NCBI GenBank assembly: GCA_943704425.1
Contig: CALSCP010001488.1
Location: 16,938 to 80,937 of the forward strand
DNA from: Ministeria vibrans ATCC 50519
Lineage: Eukaryota; Protista; Filasterea
Direction: 5' to 3'
DNA: 64,000 bases
A program made the translations under genes and the position numbers. The notes beneath the pieces were generated by a model, which made no database searches, was not told the DNA's origin, and saw only the letters and a program-made list of their open reading frames with translations. Positions within the stretch are counted from its first letter, which is position 1, and each line of letters starts with the position of its first letter. This document shows, piece after piece, positions 28,267-42,868 of the stretch.

Positions 28267-28799
28267 CAACTATTATTCGTCCAACGCTCCATCAACGGAC
28301 TGCTGTAGAGGCGGGCAAGACTCGAAGGCGGACGGATCGGCTTACAACGGTGGTTCTTGGGATGTTTGTGTGGGTCGTGACACTTCTTGCCATTGTGGCT
28401 GTTGATCAACATCAACTTCACCGGTTCGATTCCATCCCGCACTGCCCAGTGTCATCGGTCAATTGTGCACATATATCTGAGTATCAAGTGCACCGAGTGA
28501 CAGAGCTTGCGACCTCTCCAACTTTTGACGCAACGACCATTCGCGCGACACTCCTGGCCCACTTTGCGTCGCAGCTGCCTCACGCTCGCATTGTCTACGA
28601 CGGTCCCATCGGGACATCTTTTCAGGCGGTTCAAGCGCGTGTTCTGACGCCCACGTTTGGTTATCCCGACGACGTTTTTGTTGCATGGGATGCGGATGGG
28701 TCGCGTCTCGTTCTGCACTCACAGTCAATCATCGGTCATAGCGACCTTGGCTGCAATGAGAAGCGCATCAAGTCAATTGCGGCACTGTTGGCCAAGTGA
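28267..28799 (+). CDS. DUF1499-family protein (5' end unclear)
   Basis: TM segment then CP.S.NC, T..FGYPDDV, S.S.IGHSDLG.N.KRI, the DUF1499 signature. Confidence 0.8.
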
Positions 28800-29584
28800 G
28801 AGGCTAGTATTGAGAAAAGATGGAACAGTGTGTAGTATTGCATTTGAATTTGAATGAAACGGCGAGTGCGCCAACGGGCGAGACATGTCTCGGCTGGGAA
28901 CTGTCCAAGGTACTACCTACGGGAGCAGGAGGGGTGGCAGGGTGGGGGGGGCTCGTGCAGCCAGTACATTCCTACTGTGGTGCAGCAGTGGTTGGTGTGT
29001 CTGGTGGAAGACGGGCGAGTGCCGAGACGCGTCGCCCCACGTGTCGCCATGTCGAGCTACACTACTCCTACTCCTAACCCTTCTCCGTTCTACCGTCTTA
29101 TTCCTTTCTCTCTCTCTGCACATCACTCGCTCTTCATCTTCTTCCGCCTGGCTTCTCCCCCTGCGGCAGCCGCACACCAACCACACCGTGTCCCATCGCA
29201 GCCAGGCCGATGCAAGCCCGCAACGCAGCGCAATCTCTGAGACACAGAAAAAAAGAACAGGAAAAAAAAAAAAAATTTTAGCATGCGATTTGAGAATACC
29301 AAGAGAGAGGGTTGCTCAAGGATTTGTACACACATGCCTATTGTTTGCATGTTCTTCTTGCATGTCTATGAGCCGTCAGAATACAGAGAGGGTCTCGTGA
29401 CGGTTTCAGTGACATGCTGCGCTCCCCTACGCCCCCCCGCACCCTGCTCCCCGCCTACCTTCTACTACTGCGTCTCCTTTACACACCTCAAAACTCGTTT
29501 TGGGCGATTACACATAAGTGACAGAGAATTGAATGATCAATCATCAATGATCAAATGAATAAGAATAATTCAGTTTTCTGTCTC

Positions 29585-30166
29585 ATGTCGACCATCACCG
29601 TCCGCGTGATCAAGTCATTTGAGTATCGTACAGTAAAGGCGCTGGTCCTGCACGATGTGCCGCTGGACACGATGACAGCTGCAGAATTGACTAATCTCTG
29701 TCGAGAACGTACTCCCCCTCCCCCTCCGCTCCCTGCGCCTTCTCAACCCCTCTCGCTTGCTCTGACAGGCATCAAAACGGCCCCAGGCTTCATGCCGTAC
29801 CGGACGTGCGTCGTGGATACGCTTAAAATCCACCAGTTGCCTCACGGTAGAGAGTGATCACTTGGGGTGTGTGACAGACACACTCACTGACGCATTAAAA
29901 TGGCACTGTGGCCTTTGCTGTAGGCGCCAAGACGAGCAATCCGGTGATCAACCTGGACCATGACGAATGGGTGCGTGACTCTTCCAAGGCGGTCGTGGAG
30001 ACACACTCGTTTACTCTATGATTATCATTCAATCATATCTTATGTGTAGGAACTTGCGCCGGACGTGCGACTCGCCGAGTTTGGTGTTGTGGCGGGGACC
30101 GAGCTGTCCCTATACAAGAAGGAGGACTACGAAACGTTTCGGGCCAACCCAAAGCTGGTGTGGTGA
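29585..30166 (+). CDS. C2orf76: UPF0538 / C2orf76 (DUF2340) ubiquitin-like protein
   Basis: TITVRVIKSFEYR, DTLKI...HGAKTSNPVINLDHDEW, F.ANP...W*; 4 exons. Confidence 0.92.
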
Positions 30167-30458
30167 AGACAGGACGGAGAGAACGGCGATACTCCATTGA
30201 TCATTGATACTCACTTGATACTGTACAGACATGTAAACACTCAACAGCCACTGTCACCCACAATGCGTGTTAGAAGGGGGGGAGGGGGGGGTTAGTGTCA
30301 CCCGTGCGACGTGCAAATGCCTGTAACAAGCCTCTACTCGAAGTACTCGTCGAAAAGAGAGATAACTTACGTCTCATCACTCTTACGTGAACTAAACTAA
30401 AAATCTAAAATATATTTCAATAATTATACTCTGCTTCTTTGTGTCTGTCGCCGTCCTC

Positions 30459-30547
30459 ATGTCGGAACCTGGTGTCGTGAGAAGACTCGGAAAGAAGAAG
30501 GCAGTCAGTCGCGTATGGATTGTCACAAGAAAGAGAAAAATAATGTC

Positions 30548-30604
<57 letters not shown>

Positions 30605-31944
30605 GAGCAGGTCCGCGAGCTGGATGTGTTCCCTAAGCTTCCTTCAGACTATACAGAGCGATCTGCGAGCGGCGGCACGCTCTCCGTGGTCGTTCTAGTA
30701 GTGTGCACAGTGATTTTGGTGCTTGAAGTGATCGACACAGTCCCGACGCGCCTCAAACACACGTACGAGGTCGATTCGGAGGTCAGCGCGCCGCTCATGG
30801 TCAACTTGGACGTCACGCTTGCCATGAAGTGCGAGTATGTGGGCGCGGACGTGCTTGATCAGAGTGGCGATGCGATTGCCATGGCGTCCCTCTCCGTCGA
30901 CGAAGACTTCTTCTCTCTCACTGCCAACCAGCGCGCGTTTGTCGCCACGCTCAAGCGGGGCCATCTAGCGGGATTGGTTCGGACAAACGAGCAGTCGGGC
31001 GACGATCTCGCCTGGCTCCGGCGTCTACCGAAGGATGTCCAAGCGCAACTGCCCGCACGCCAACCGTCACCCACCGAGCCCACCATACCCGACGCCTGTC
31101 GATTCCACGGCTCATTCGACATCAGCAAAGTTGCAGGAAACCTCCACTTTACCCTCGGCAAGTCGTTCCAAACCATCCAGGGTCACGCACACAACGCCAT
31201 GAGCGTCCCCACCACCGCCATCAATTTCACTCACCGCTTCGACCACCTCTCCTTTGGTGCTCCTTTCCCCTCCCTCGTCCACCCTCTCGACGGCGTTCTC
31301 CACCACACTTCGTCCTCCCGCACCATGTTTCAGTACTTTCTCCGCATTGTCCCCACCACATACCACCAGATTGTCTCGGACTTTCCTTGGCCCTTACGAA
31401 AGGTCCAAACAACCAAGAGCCATAATAATTAAATTATTTTTTCATATCCTTACTAATCACAATTATTTTGCCTAATAGATATTTGGACATCGCGAAGCTA
31501 TTCCAACCAATCAACTGTCAGTGACAGAGCACCATCGCAATCTCACAGGATCATCAGCCGCACATGGACTGCCCGGTAGAACAAGAGATAGAGAGAGAGA
31601 GATAGCGTGGCACAGAGACGAGAGAGTGCGTGTGTCGCACACTGAGATATGCAAAGAAAGAGACTTGTTTTTTGAGTGCGCGCGCGTGTGTGTAACGCAC
31701 TGAAAGGGAATCTCATGATATTATTGTAGGGATATTTCTCAAGTATGACATTGAGGCTGTGCGGGTGAACATTGACGATGCGTCACGCGGAGTGCTCCAC
31801 TTCATAGTGCGCATGTGTGGCATTGTGGGAGGGCTCTTCACATGTGCCGGGTTATTACATCGTCTTTTGGCCTTTCTCTTTGGCAAGTTGAGTGGCGCAA
31901 AGGAAAATGTGGATACGAAAATGAGCTCTGTGACAAAAAACTGA
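30459..31944 (+). CDS. ERGIC2: ER-Golgi intermediate compartment protein 2 (Erv41)
   Basis: RRL.KKK...VRELDVFPK, AMKCEYVGADVLD, DACRFHG...KVAGNLH, NFTHRFDHLSFG, RMCGIVGG. Confidence 0.93.
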
Positions 31945-32016
31945 TCTTGAGAAATGAGCGAGCAATAAAAATTATTAACAATTTCAATTTTATTTTACTC
32001 TTGTTTTTGATTACAT

Positions 32017-33514
32017 ATGCCTATTGCCATCAATGACTATACGTGGTCTCAGGACGCTCAGGAAATCAGAATTTCCGTTCCTCTCAAAGTGCGTTTCTTT
32101 TTCTTTTTTGTTCAGTCGTCCATTCTTCAATATTGAGACGTATGCCTCTCAAGCTTTGACTTGCATAGGGAGCAAGTCCAAAGCGACTTGATGTGAGTCA
32201 CACAGATACATTTTTGAAGGTAGAGTGACGAAACCCCTCAAACCAACCTTCAGAATTTGCTTCTAGCTCAACTGCCCCCCCTACCTGCTCGAGTTGGACC
32301 TCGTTGGCGAAACAGATCTTGAACAGTCGTCGTATGCCGTTGTAGACGGTGTGGTGCAAGTGAAACTCGTCAAGCAGGTCACTAAGCAGTTTTCGTTGCC
32401 ATGGATACTGATTGGTGGTTCATTCTTCCCCAGATTGCCGGCGAATGGGACTCTTTGGTTGTGAGCGCTCTGTCGAAGGAAGAACAACAAGCACGCAGAG
32501 AGGTGTGCTCTTTGCTGTTGTGGTTGATTGACACTGAAGTGCGTCTCATAGGAATCATTGAAACGATGTCATGAGTTGGAAGCAAAGCGAAAAGAACAGA
32601 AAACCCAAAGGGAGATTGAGCAACGGAGAGCGCTGATTCGAGAACAAATTGATCTTGAAGCACAAGAAAGAAACCGGTACGCAAAGTGCAAAGTGATCAC
32701 ACACCATTTACATTTTCATAGGATTGAGGGTGCGAAACGAGCGGAAGAGACGCAAATGAGTTCGAAATTGGACGAATGGGCCAAAGACAATGGAAGGTGT
32801 GCTAAAGCGAGTGAGACAAAGAACGACGACAGCGAGACATCACAAGCTGTGCGGAAGGGCGGGAAAATCAGTGTGAAGTTTTCAGAGCGGAAGTTCCCAC
32901 ACGCCAAACGAGAGAGCAAATTGGAAGAAGAAGAGCGGTTTTGGGCGCAGCAGAAACGAATGATGAACGAACGGAAGAAGAGCCGGACACTGCCAGAAAG
33001 TAGCGAAACAGTGACGGAGAGTGAGAGTGCGAGTGAACTGAAGGAAATGGGTGATCGGTTTATGAGGATTGGGCAGACTGAAAGTGCAGTGAATGCATAT
33101 TCAAAGGGACTCCTAATGGACTCGCGAGTCGTCGCGCTGTGGGTCAATCGCTCAATTGCCTTTTTGAAGTTGGGCTCATTTGACGGTACAATCACATCAC
33201 AATCGAAAAAAAAAAGAGTTCTGTGATGATACTATTTTGAAGTTTATTCCCAATTATTCTTATTGATTTTAGACTGTATTTCTGATTGCACGGAAGCACT
33301 GAAATTGTACGGAAAAGAAAACAGTAAATCAAAAGTAAAGGTATGTAGTAGTGGGAGAAAGGATGTGTGTGTGTGTGTGTGCGAACGAGAGAAAGAGAAA
33401 CAAAGTGATATATACATATACATAGAGAGAAAGAGAGAAAGAGAGAGAGTGGGGAGAGTGAAAGAAACAAAGTGATGGAGAGAGAGAGAGACAAAGTGAT
33501 AGAGGGAAACAAAG

Positions 33515-33606
<92 letters not shown>

Positions 33607-33781
33607 GACTAAACAAACAATTTAGACGATCGTGCGGCGAGCAATTTCACGAGTGCGGATCAATGCGATTGACTTGGCACTGGAGGACTACGAGTGGGCC
33701 TGTCAGTGTGATCCGGAAAGTGAGTGTGTCAGGCGGGATCGCGATCAATTGAGGGAGCAGTTGAAGAAAGATGAAATGTAA
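32017..33781 (+). CDS. DNAAF4: Dynein axonemal assembly factor 4 (CS + TPR)
   Basis: MPIAINDYTWSQ...VPLKG, LK.N.PPYL.E.DL, R..G.I.VKFS.R.FP...RES...EEE..W, C-terminal TPRs. Confidence 0.9.
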
Positions 33782-34088
33782 AATACTATTGCGGATTAAT
33801 GAGTCGAAGGCTTCTGTAAGATACCAATAGCTCACCATGTCTGCAATGATGGGTCCATACTCAATAGAGTCGTATTCACGCGAGATCCATGCAAGACTCC
33901 AGACGTCATAGAATGCGGCGTCTCATGAATGGGATTATCCATTACTGCACCCATTCGTCTCCGTTGGAAGTTTTGTTTCATTGTGGGTAAGAAAAAGTGT
34001 AACTCTAAAGGGTGACGAATGATGACTTTGCCACCATATTAAACGGTTTGCAAAATGATAAATGAAATAAGAATAAAAAAACTTTTTA

Positions 34089-34282
34089 TCACTTGACTTT
34101 GACAGCGGGAAGAGAGAGAGCGCGCTCGTAGTCCGTCTTAGGCAAAGTCATCTTACAGTCCTTACACACCCGAACCTAACAAACAAATATAGTTGTGTGA
34201 ATGTCTGTCTCTCTCTTCCTCTCTTTGTATAACTTAGCACTTTGTTTCTTTATCCCCCCTTTTACTCTTTCAATCACGCTCA

Positions 34283-34367
<85 letters not shown>

Positions 34368-34489
34368 CACTTTAATTCTTTTTCCCTCCTTTCTCTCTCC
34401 CTGTATATATATAATAATAATTATAATAATTATAATAATTTATAATGTTGTTATAATTATATATATATATCACTTTGTTTCTTTCCCCC

Positions 34490-34577
<88 letters not shown>

Positions 34578-37500
34578 AACATTACCTCCGTCTTGAAACC
34601 GGGCAGAGTTGACTTGTAGCTGACGCACTCCTTACAGTAAATCTTCCCGCAGCGACGACAGTGGTGTTTCCTCTTGGCAATGGTAAACTTGAGCGAGCAC
34701 CGACGACACGCCTTGACCTCCTCGTCATCCTCCCATGCCTTGCCGGTCACCGGCTCTCTTTCAACCTTCACGCAACGTCATTAAAACAACCATGGCATAT
34801 ACTTTCGCTTACTTGATACTGCTGAAGCTTCTCGCAGAGCTCCTGTTGCACATTGAGACTTTCGTCGAGTGTCGCCTGCAGCTCGCGTGTCTCCGCGCGT
34901 GCCTTAAGCACATCGCCACGCGTCGCCTCAAGCTGCTCTTGTACCCGCTCCACATCGTAGCGAGCCGTCTCGCGTGCACGCTCTACACTCGCATACGCTG
35001 CGTCCAGGTCCTCCTTTACACGCGCCTGCTTCTCCTCGTACTCCTTGCCCAGTGCAACAAGTGACGCTGCGGCAGCGCGTGCGTTGTCTTCGGCCGCCGC
35101 CGTGTCAATCGCCCGTCGCTCTTCGCTCGCCAAAAGCCGTCGTTCCGCCTCCGCCTGCCGTTCCTCCGCCGTCGTCATGCCCAGGCGCAACTCACCCACC
35201 TCCCGATCGAGTCGGACCTTGAGCGCTTCCCGATCACGCACTGCTCCATCACGCGCCAGAGTCAGATCCTGCACCTCCTGCTCTCGCTCCTCCAGCTCCG
35301 CCTTGAGCGACAGCTTCTGCTGAATCATAATCTCCTCCGCCTCCTGACTGCGCTGCTGCGTCTGCTCGTGCAGCTGCTCCGCAGTGTCCAGTTCGCTCCG
35401 CACAAACTCCAAGTCGGTCTCGAGCCCGCGTTTTACATCCTGCAGCTCGTGCAGTGTGTCCTCCATGCGCGTGTGCGCCGCTTGCAACGTGCTCAGTGAT
35501 TCGTCGCGTTCCGCCAGCGTCGCAACCGTCATGCCATTCTCGGCGCGCAAAGCGGACAGCTCCCCTTCCAGCTCGGACATGAGCGTCCGCTGCTCCTCCA
35601 GCGTGGCCTTGAGCTCCTCGTGGGCCGCCTGCAAATCACGATGTGCCCCGTCAGCACTCGACTGCGCCGCCTCAAGCAGCCCTTCGACCTCGCGCACCCG
35701 CTCCTCCGCCTTCTCGGCACGTGCCTCCTCGCGCGCCACCGAACCCGTGAGTACCGCCACCTTGGCCTCGGCCTCAGACAGCGCTCCTCGCATCGTCTCG
35801 GCGAGCGTCGACGACGACGCACTCAACTGCTCGGCCGTCTCCACTTGCGCCTGCAATCGCACCGTCTGCTGTTCGTACTTGACATTGAGTGCCTGCGCGT
35901 CGCGCAGCGTTGTCTGTGTTTCGTCGTTGGCGCTCATAAGCTCACGCTGGTCCTCCTCCAACGCAGCGCGGTCGCGCATGAGCGATGACACTTCGTCTGT
36001 CAGCACAGCGGTGCGCGCTTGCTCCTCTTCAAGCGACTCGCGCACGCTAAACAACTCTCCTTCCAGCTCGGCCTCGCGCGCACGCAGCTTGGCCGTCTCC
36101 TGCGCCGACCCGGAAGCCATGTCGCCCGCACGCTCAAACTCAGCACGCGCCAACACAAGCTCCTCCTTGACACTTGCCAACTCAGTGTTGCGCATGCCCA
36201 TTTCCATCTGAAGCGACGTCAGCTCGGTGCGTCCGCGGTTCCGCTCTGCCTCGAGCGTCTCCTCTCGTGTCACAGCGTCCTCCTTCCACGCCTTCAGCAC
36301 GACCAGCTCGGCATCGAGTGCGTTTCGTCGCTGCTCCATTTCATGTAAGCGACCCGCAAGCGATTCCTTGGCCGCAAGTGCATCCTGCAGTCGCTGCTGC
36401 GTCGTCTCACGCTCCCCCTTGGCATCCGACAGCGCATCGCGCAACTTAGACACTTCGCTCTCCTGCAACTGATTCGCCTTGCGCAACTCCGTCTGCTGTC
36501 CGCGCAGCTGCGCCGCCTCCTTAGTCGCCTCCGCCTCAACCAGTCGTAACTGAGCGCCTTTGGCCTCTAGCTCCTCGCGCACTTGCTTCATGTCGTTGCG
36601 CAGTTGGTCCACCAGTGCCGTCTGTCCTGAGCCCATACTGATTTGGTCGCGTAGCTGCGCCAGCTCCGTCTCCACACGCGATCGTGCCTCGTTCACGCGA
36701 GCCTGTTCCACCTCCATCTTCGAGATGGTAGCGCGCAGTCGCTCAGCATCCGCCGTTGCACTCAGTGACGCGTCCTGGAAGGCGGCCGCTTGACTTTGCA
36801 GGCGTGACACGTCGGCGCGCCGTTGAGCGAGCTCGGCGATCGACGAGGTATTGCCCAGACGCAGTCGCTCCAGTTCCTTCTCGTGGTGCTCGGCCGCCTC
36901 GCGATGCTCGCGGTCCTGTTGCTCGACCTTGGCACGTAACTCTTGGAGAGAGGCGTCGCGGCGGGCCAGCTGATCGCGCAGGTCAGTGATCTGCTGTCGC
37001 GTCGACACGGCCGACTTGCTGCTCTCTTCAGTGCGCTCGCGAAATTGGCTCAACTCGCGCTGCGCATCTGTCAGCTGCTGGGTGGTACTTGCAAGCTGAC
37101 TGCGCAACTGGCTCTCCATATCTTTTCTCTCTTGCAAGAGCTGTTTGACAACGTCGCGCTCGTGCTCTTGCTGCTGTTGCACGCGCGACACCAGCGCCTC
37201 ATTGCTCTTTTGTTGGGCAAACGTATCCCGTTCATGCTGCAGCTGTTTCTGCAGCATATGTGCTTCAGTAAGACGCTGTTCAAGGATCTCGAGCTCGGCT
37301 TTGCGCGACACGGCCAGCGTCCGTTGCTCGTCTGTCGCTGCCTTGGCCGCCACCATCTCCGCCTGCACCCGCTTCGTCTCCGTCTCCTGCCCCGCACGCA
37401 TTCGCTTCTCCTCGCCCAGCTGCTTCTGCAGATCCGTCACCTGTGTGCGCAAGCGGCCAATCTCAACCTGAAGCACCGATGGTGACAGGCCCTACATTGT

Positions 37501-38008
37501 GAGTGTATTGTGTGAATAAGAAAATACGAAATAGTGCAAAAAGCGTTTTTTTTTTTTTTTTTTTCATTTTCTTCTCTCTTTCGTTTTCGCCACTGTGACT
37601 TACTGTGGACGGCGCTGGCGACGCGGCCACGTCTGCTGGCTTGGGGGTGGGCGGGGCTTTCTTTGCAGCCTTGGCGGCGGCCTTGTCCTCCTTCTCCTTC
37701 GCCTTGAGCTCCTTTTTGGTCAACTGGCGAGGCGTCGATGGACCGGACGCTAACACAAAGCGACAAAACGAACGACAGAGCGCGCTGTGAGTGGAGCAGG
37801 CGCGCGCATGTGTGTGTGTGTGTGTGTGTATGTGTGTGTGTGTCGTGGCGCATGGGCGCAGCAAGACCTCCTTCTGTGCTGTTCAAGTGTGTTGTTTTCG
37901 TGTACCGCTTTCTGGAGTGCACGTCGGGAAATGCTGCGCCAAAATGGAGGGTCCCGCAAAGGACTTCATGCACTTTGGGCATAGGAAGCCCTGGGCGGCA
38001 TCCGACAT
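34089..38008 (-). CDS. EEA1: Early endosome antigen 1-like tether
   Basis: N-terminal zinc finger QGFLCPKCMKSF.....L..HF, ~900-aa coiled coil, C-terminal FYVE (WEDD, RKHHCRRCG, RVC). Confidence 0.88.
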
Positions 38009-38818
38009 GATATAAAAGTTGTGAATAACACTTAAAGAAAAGTAATCACTAATCAACGCTTTGGGAATTGGGATGCGTCTCAACTCACTCCCAGCAACAC
38101 GAATCTCAGAATCAGTCCTACCTGAAGTTAGTTCACTTAGTTGAGTACCTTAAGGCTTAAGGCTTGAGGCTTGAGCACGACTGCAGGAAACAAACAAAAC
38201 GCTTTTACGCTAGAAGAAGTTTATTCATTGACAAGTGCAATCGCTATCCAGTGAAGTAATCGTAATGGTAGTATGGTACGCCATAACCCCAATTACCCCA
38301 TCGCCGGGGCGGATCGGTGAGATTGGGGTTGGGGTTAAAAATGATCGTAAGAAGGTAGCAATGCCATTCTGGGACTACAGCGCCCCCTCGTTGGCTACAC
38401 ACGTTGCTCGAGCTGCGCAGAGTTCACACAGTCTGGCACAGAGCTAATGTGAGTGCATGCCATGATCCACGGCGATGGGAGGCCATTCAGCAAAAGTGCC
38501 TTACATATAAGGAAAATGGAAAATAGGAAAATACAATACTCTGTCTCTGTAATATTATTCAGCTGGTTCACACACTCACCCACTACAGCGCTAGTCTGGT
38601 TCAAATGGCAGCGGCGGCGGTAGTACCGCAGTACGTCAGAAGCTTGTAGCTGTGAGTGAGAAGCAGGCGGTGGTTGAGCTTTAAGAGGCGCAGGGAGTTC
38701 TCTCTGTGGTTTTCATTGAGGCAAACCATCACAACTAAAGTTAATTCCACAAGTCACTTTTTTTGGACACTTTCTTGACCAAAACTATTAATTCCCGACT
38801 CCAACTGGCTGACTGATC

Positions 38819-40114
38819 ATGTAAGGGCATTGGCCATTGAGTCATGAGTGACGACCACTGACAAGCAGAGCGGGCGGTAGATTAGTTTCTCTCTCTCTCT
38901 CTCTTCTGTCTGTTTACTGTTATTCTTTTGCCGTTGATTCCCACGCCCGTCTCTTCTCAACCGCTTTTACGCTCGGCAGTGTATACACTATTGCCTAAGC
39001 GTATGCTTTTCACTGCAGATCCATTGATATATACCGTTTTTCGTATATTTTGAGAGTATTTTTCTGTGGTAGCAATAAATCGCTGTGAAAACGTTTTTCC
39101 CACGCATTACTGACATTTTTAATTATCAATCATTGTGAGTTTTTCGCGCTCCCACACATCCTAACATACGTGTTGCTACTCCGCTGCGCAGTCAACAACG
39201 ATTAAAACACCTTTTTTCTGTTGTCAATCTCTTTAGGAAGTTTGTTATTCTTGCGGTTTTCACCGTTTTTGCGCTCATCGCGACGTCGAACGCTGCCAGC
39301 ACTCACTGCAAGGCTGAGTACCACTGCTATGCAACGACGTCCGTTGCTGCTTCGTCGAGTGGCAACGCTATTCAGGTTAGTGCACTGCACTGCGTGCGCT
39401 CAATGTTGATGCTACTTTGCTATTCAATAGGGTTCCCGCACAAACATTGCCATGACTGCGACCAACTCGTACACGGTGACATCCCACACGTACACCATGG
39501 TGTCCCACAACAGCATGATGGGGTCGCTGCTTATTGACGGCAACATCGCGGCGAGTGTTGTTGCTGAGAATGGAGTGTGCACTGCCACGGACGGCAACGC
39601 CGTCGCGATGGATGTCATGGGACGCACTGCTTTTGGCGCCGACTTCTGCTTCCTTACGTCTCTGCGAACCTTGGTCGCCGACACGCCGTCCAACACGTGG
39701 TTCATCATTCTGGATGGCAACCAAGAGGTCCCAGCGTCCACCAACCCGGGCACAGGTACTCCCTTAGATTCCTTCTCGCCAGTCACCCACTAACCAACAC
39801 GACCTCTGAATGTACATTGTATAGGCTATGCGTTCCTGGAGTATGACTCAAACACCAGCATTCTCACTGTGACCCTTACCTTCTCCGGAATGAGCTCTGA
39901 CACGACCGCGGCGCATATCCACGGGGCGGCCTTTGGCAGCAATGGTGGCGTGGCCCTCACCCTGTTCTCAGGCGTGCAGACCTCTCCCTTTACCAACACC
40001 TACGACTTGTCAAGCACGCCCTCTGTGATCACGGCAATTCAGTCCGGCGACACATACGTCAACGTGCACACAAGCAGCAACGCAGGCGGTGAGCTGCGCG
40101 GCCAGATTGTCTAA
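38819..40114 (+). CDS. Secreted protein with a C-terminal CHRD domain
   Basis: AT|intron|G start, signal peptide MKFVILAVFTVFALIATSNA, CHRD motifs L.G.QEVP....G.G, TAAHIH, YVNVHT....GELRGQI. Confidence 0.85.
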
Positions 40115-40460
40115 GGACACTATAGCGGCAAGGGCTGCTTCCCTCCCTCCACGGCAACAGACTCAGTAAAACAATACGAGCTGTTCACACACACACACAC
40201 ACACACCATCTTTGCTGCTATATACTGTTGTGCGTGGCGAGATGAAGCTACATTACACCCAATCCAGAGTGAGACTCCTCATAGAGCGCTTTAATACCAT
40301 AGTCACTCACGAGAGAGTGAGATAGAGTGGTGACCAATGAACCTTGAGAACTCCACACCATTTCCGAGGAAGGGAGTGTGAGGCCATCTCTTTTGTCTCC
40401 TCTCTCACTGTGACAAAAGAAAAACAACGGTTGTGTTTTTGTAAATACCAGGAATCCAGG

Positions 40461-40709
40461 ATGGCAACGGAGATTGGCCTGATTCTGCCCACTGTCGATG
40501 AGGAGGACGCGTTTTTTGCAGCGCATCGTGAGTTCTACATGAGCCAGTGCAAATCCGCCAACAGTCTGACCGAGTCGACATACAAGAACAAGTTCTCAAA
40601 GTGCAAGATGAACAAAAAAAACCCGCTTGATGTCTACGCCGTAAGCCCGAGTCCAACAACGTTGATGGAGCTTAGATTTATTAATTATAATAATAATATA
40701 ATAATAAAT

Positions 40710-40748
<39 letters not shown>

Positions 40749-40932
40749 GCTCAGTGAATTGAAGCGTGACTCATACCAAACATGTAACGACTACTTTAAT
40801 TCAATTATTGTTAATATAATATTGATGATACACTTTATCTTCAAGCTCCCCTCGCTCTTCGTTCTCCCTTGAGACCACCCTTCTCCTTCCCAGTGGCTCC
40901 ACACACAGCCACAACCATCACATTTGGTCTGA
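40461..40932 (+). CDS. Small orphan protein (~72 aa, 2 exons)
   Basis: MATEIGLILPTVDEEDAFFAAHREFYMSQCK...NPLDVYA|gtaagc; second exon inferred as WLHTQPQPSHLV*. Confidence 0.45.
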
Positions 40933-40997
40933 CTCACTCATCTCTCGCAACAACCCCAAGTGGCTTCCCTCTCCCCCTCATCATATATAACATCTCA

Positions 40998-42760
<1,763 letters not shown>

Positions 42761-42868
42761 AAGACAAGCAATCAGTTTTCACACTTCATTTTTGGATGAT
42801 CAAAAAATAAGATCAATCTACATTGTGCAATTATAGTTTTGTAGTAGTAGTTGACATTGCTTTCTGGG

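Noticed and set aside
27888-28799. GOLD-DUF1499 fusion ORF in the ORF track
   Set aside because: Reads through a TC-rich intron and the splice phases are incompatible.
33830-33925. Minus-strand exon-like block FYDVWSLAWISREYDSIEYGPIIADM
   Set aside because: Upstream stops and no partner exons; lies within convergent 3'UTRs.
35045-37485. Long antisense ORFs over EEA1, and likewise over other GC-rich genes
   Set aside because: Shadow ORFs caused by GC-rich codon usage.
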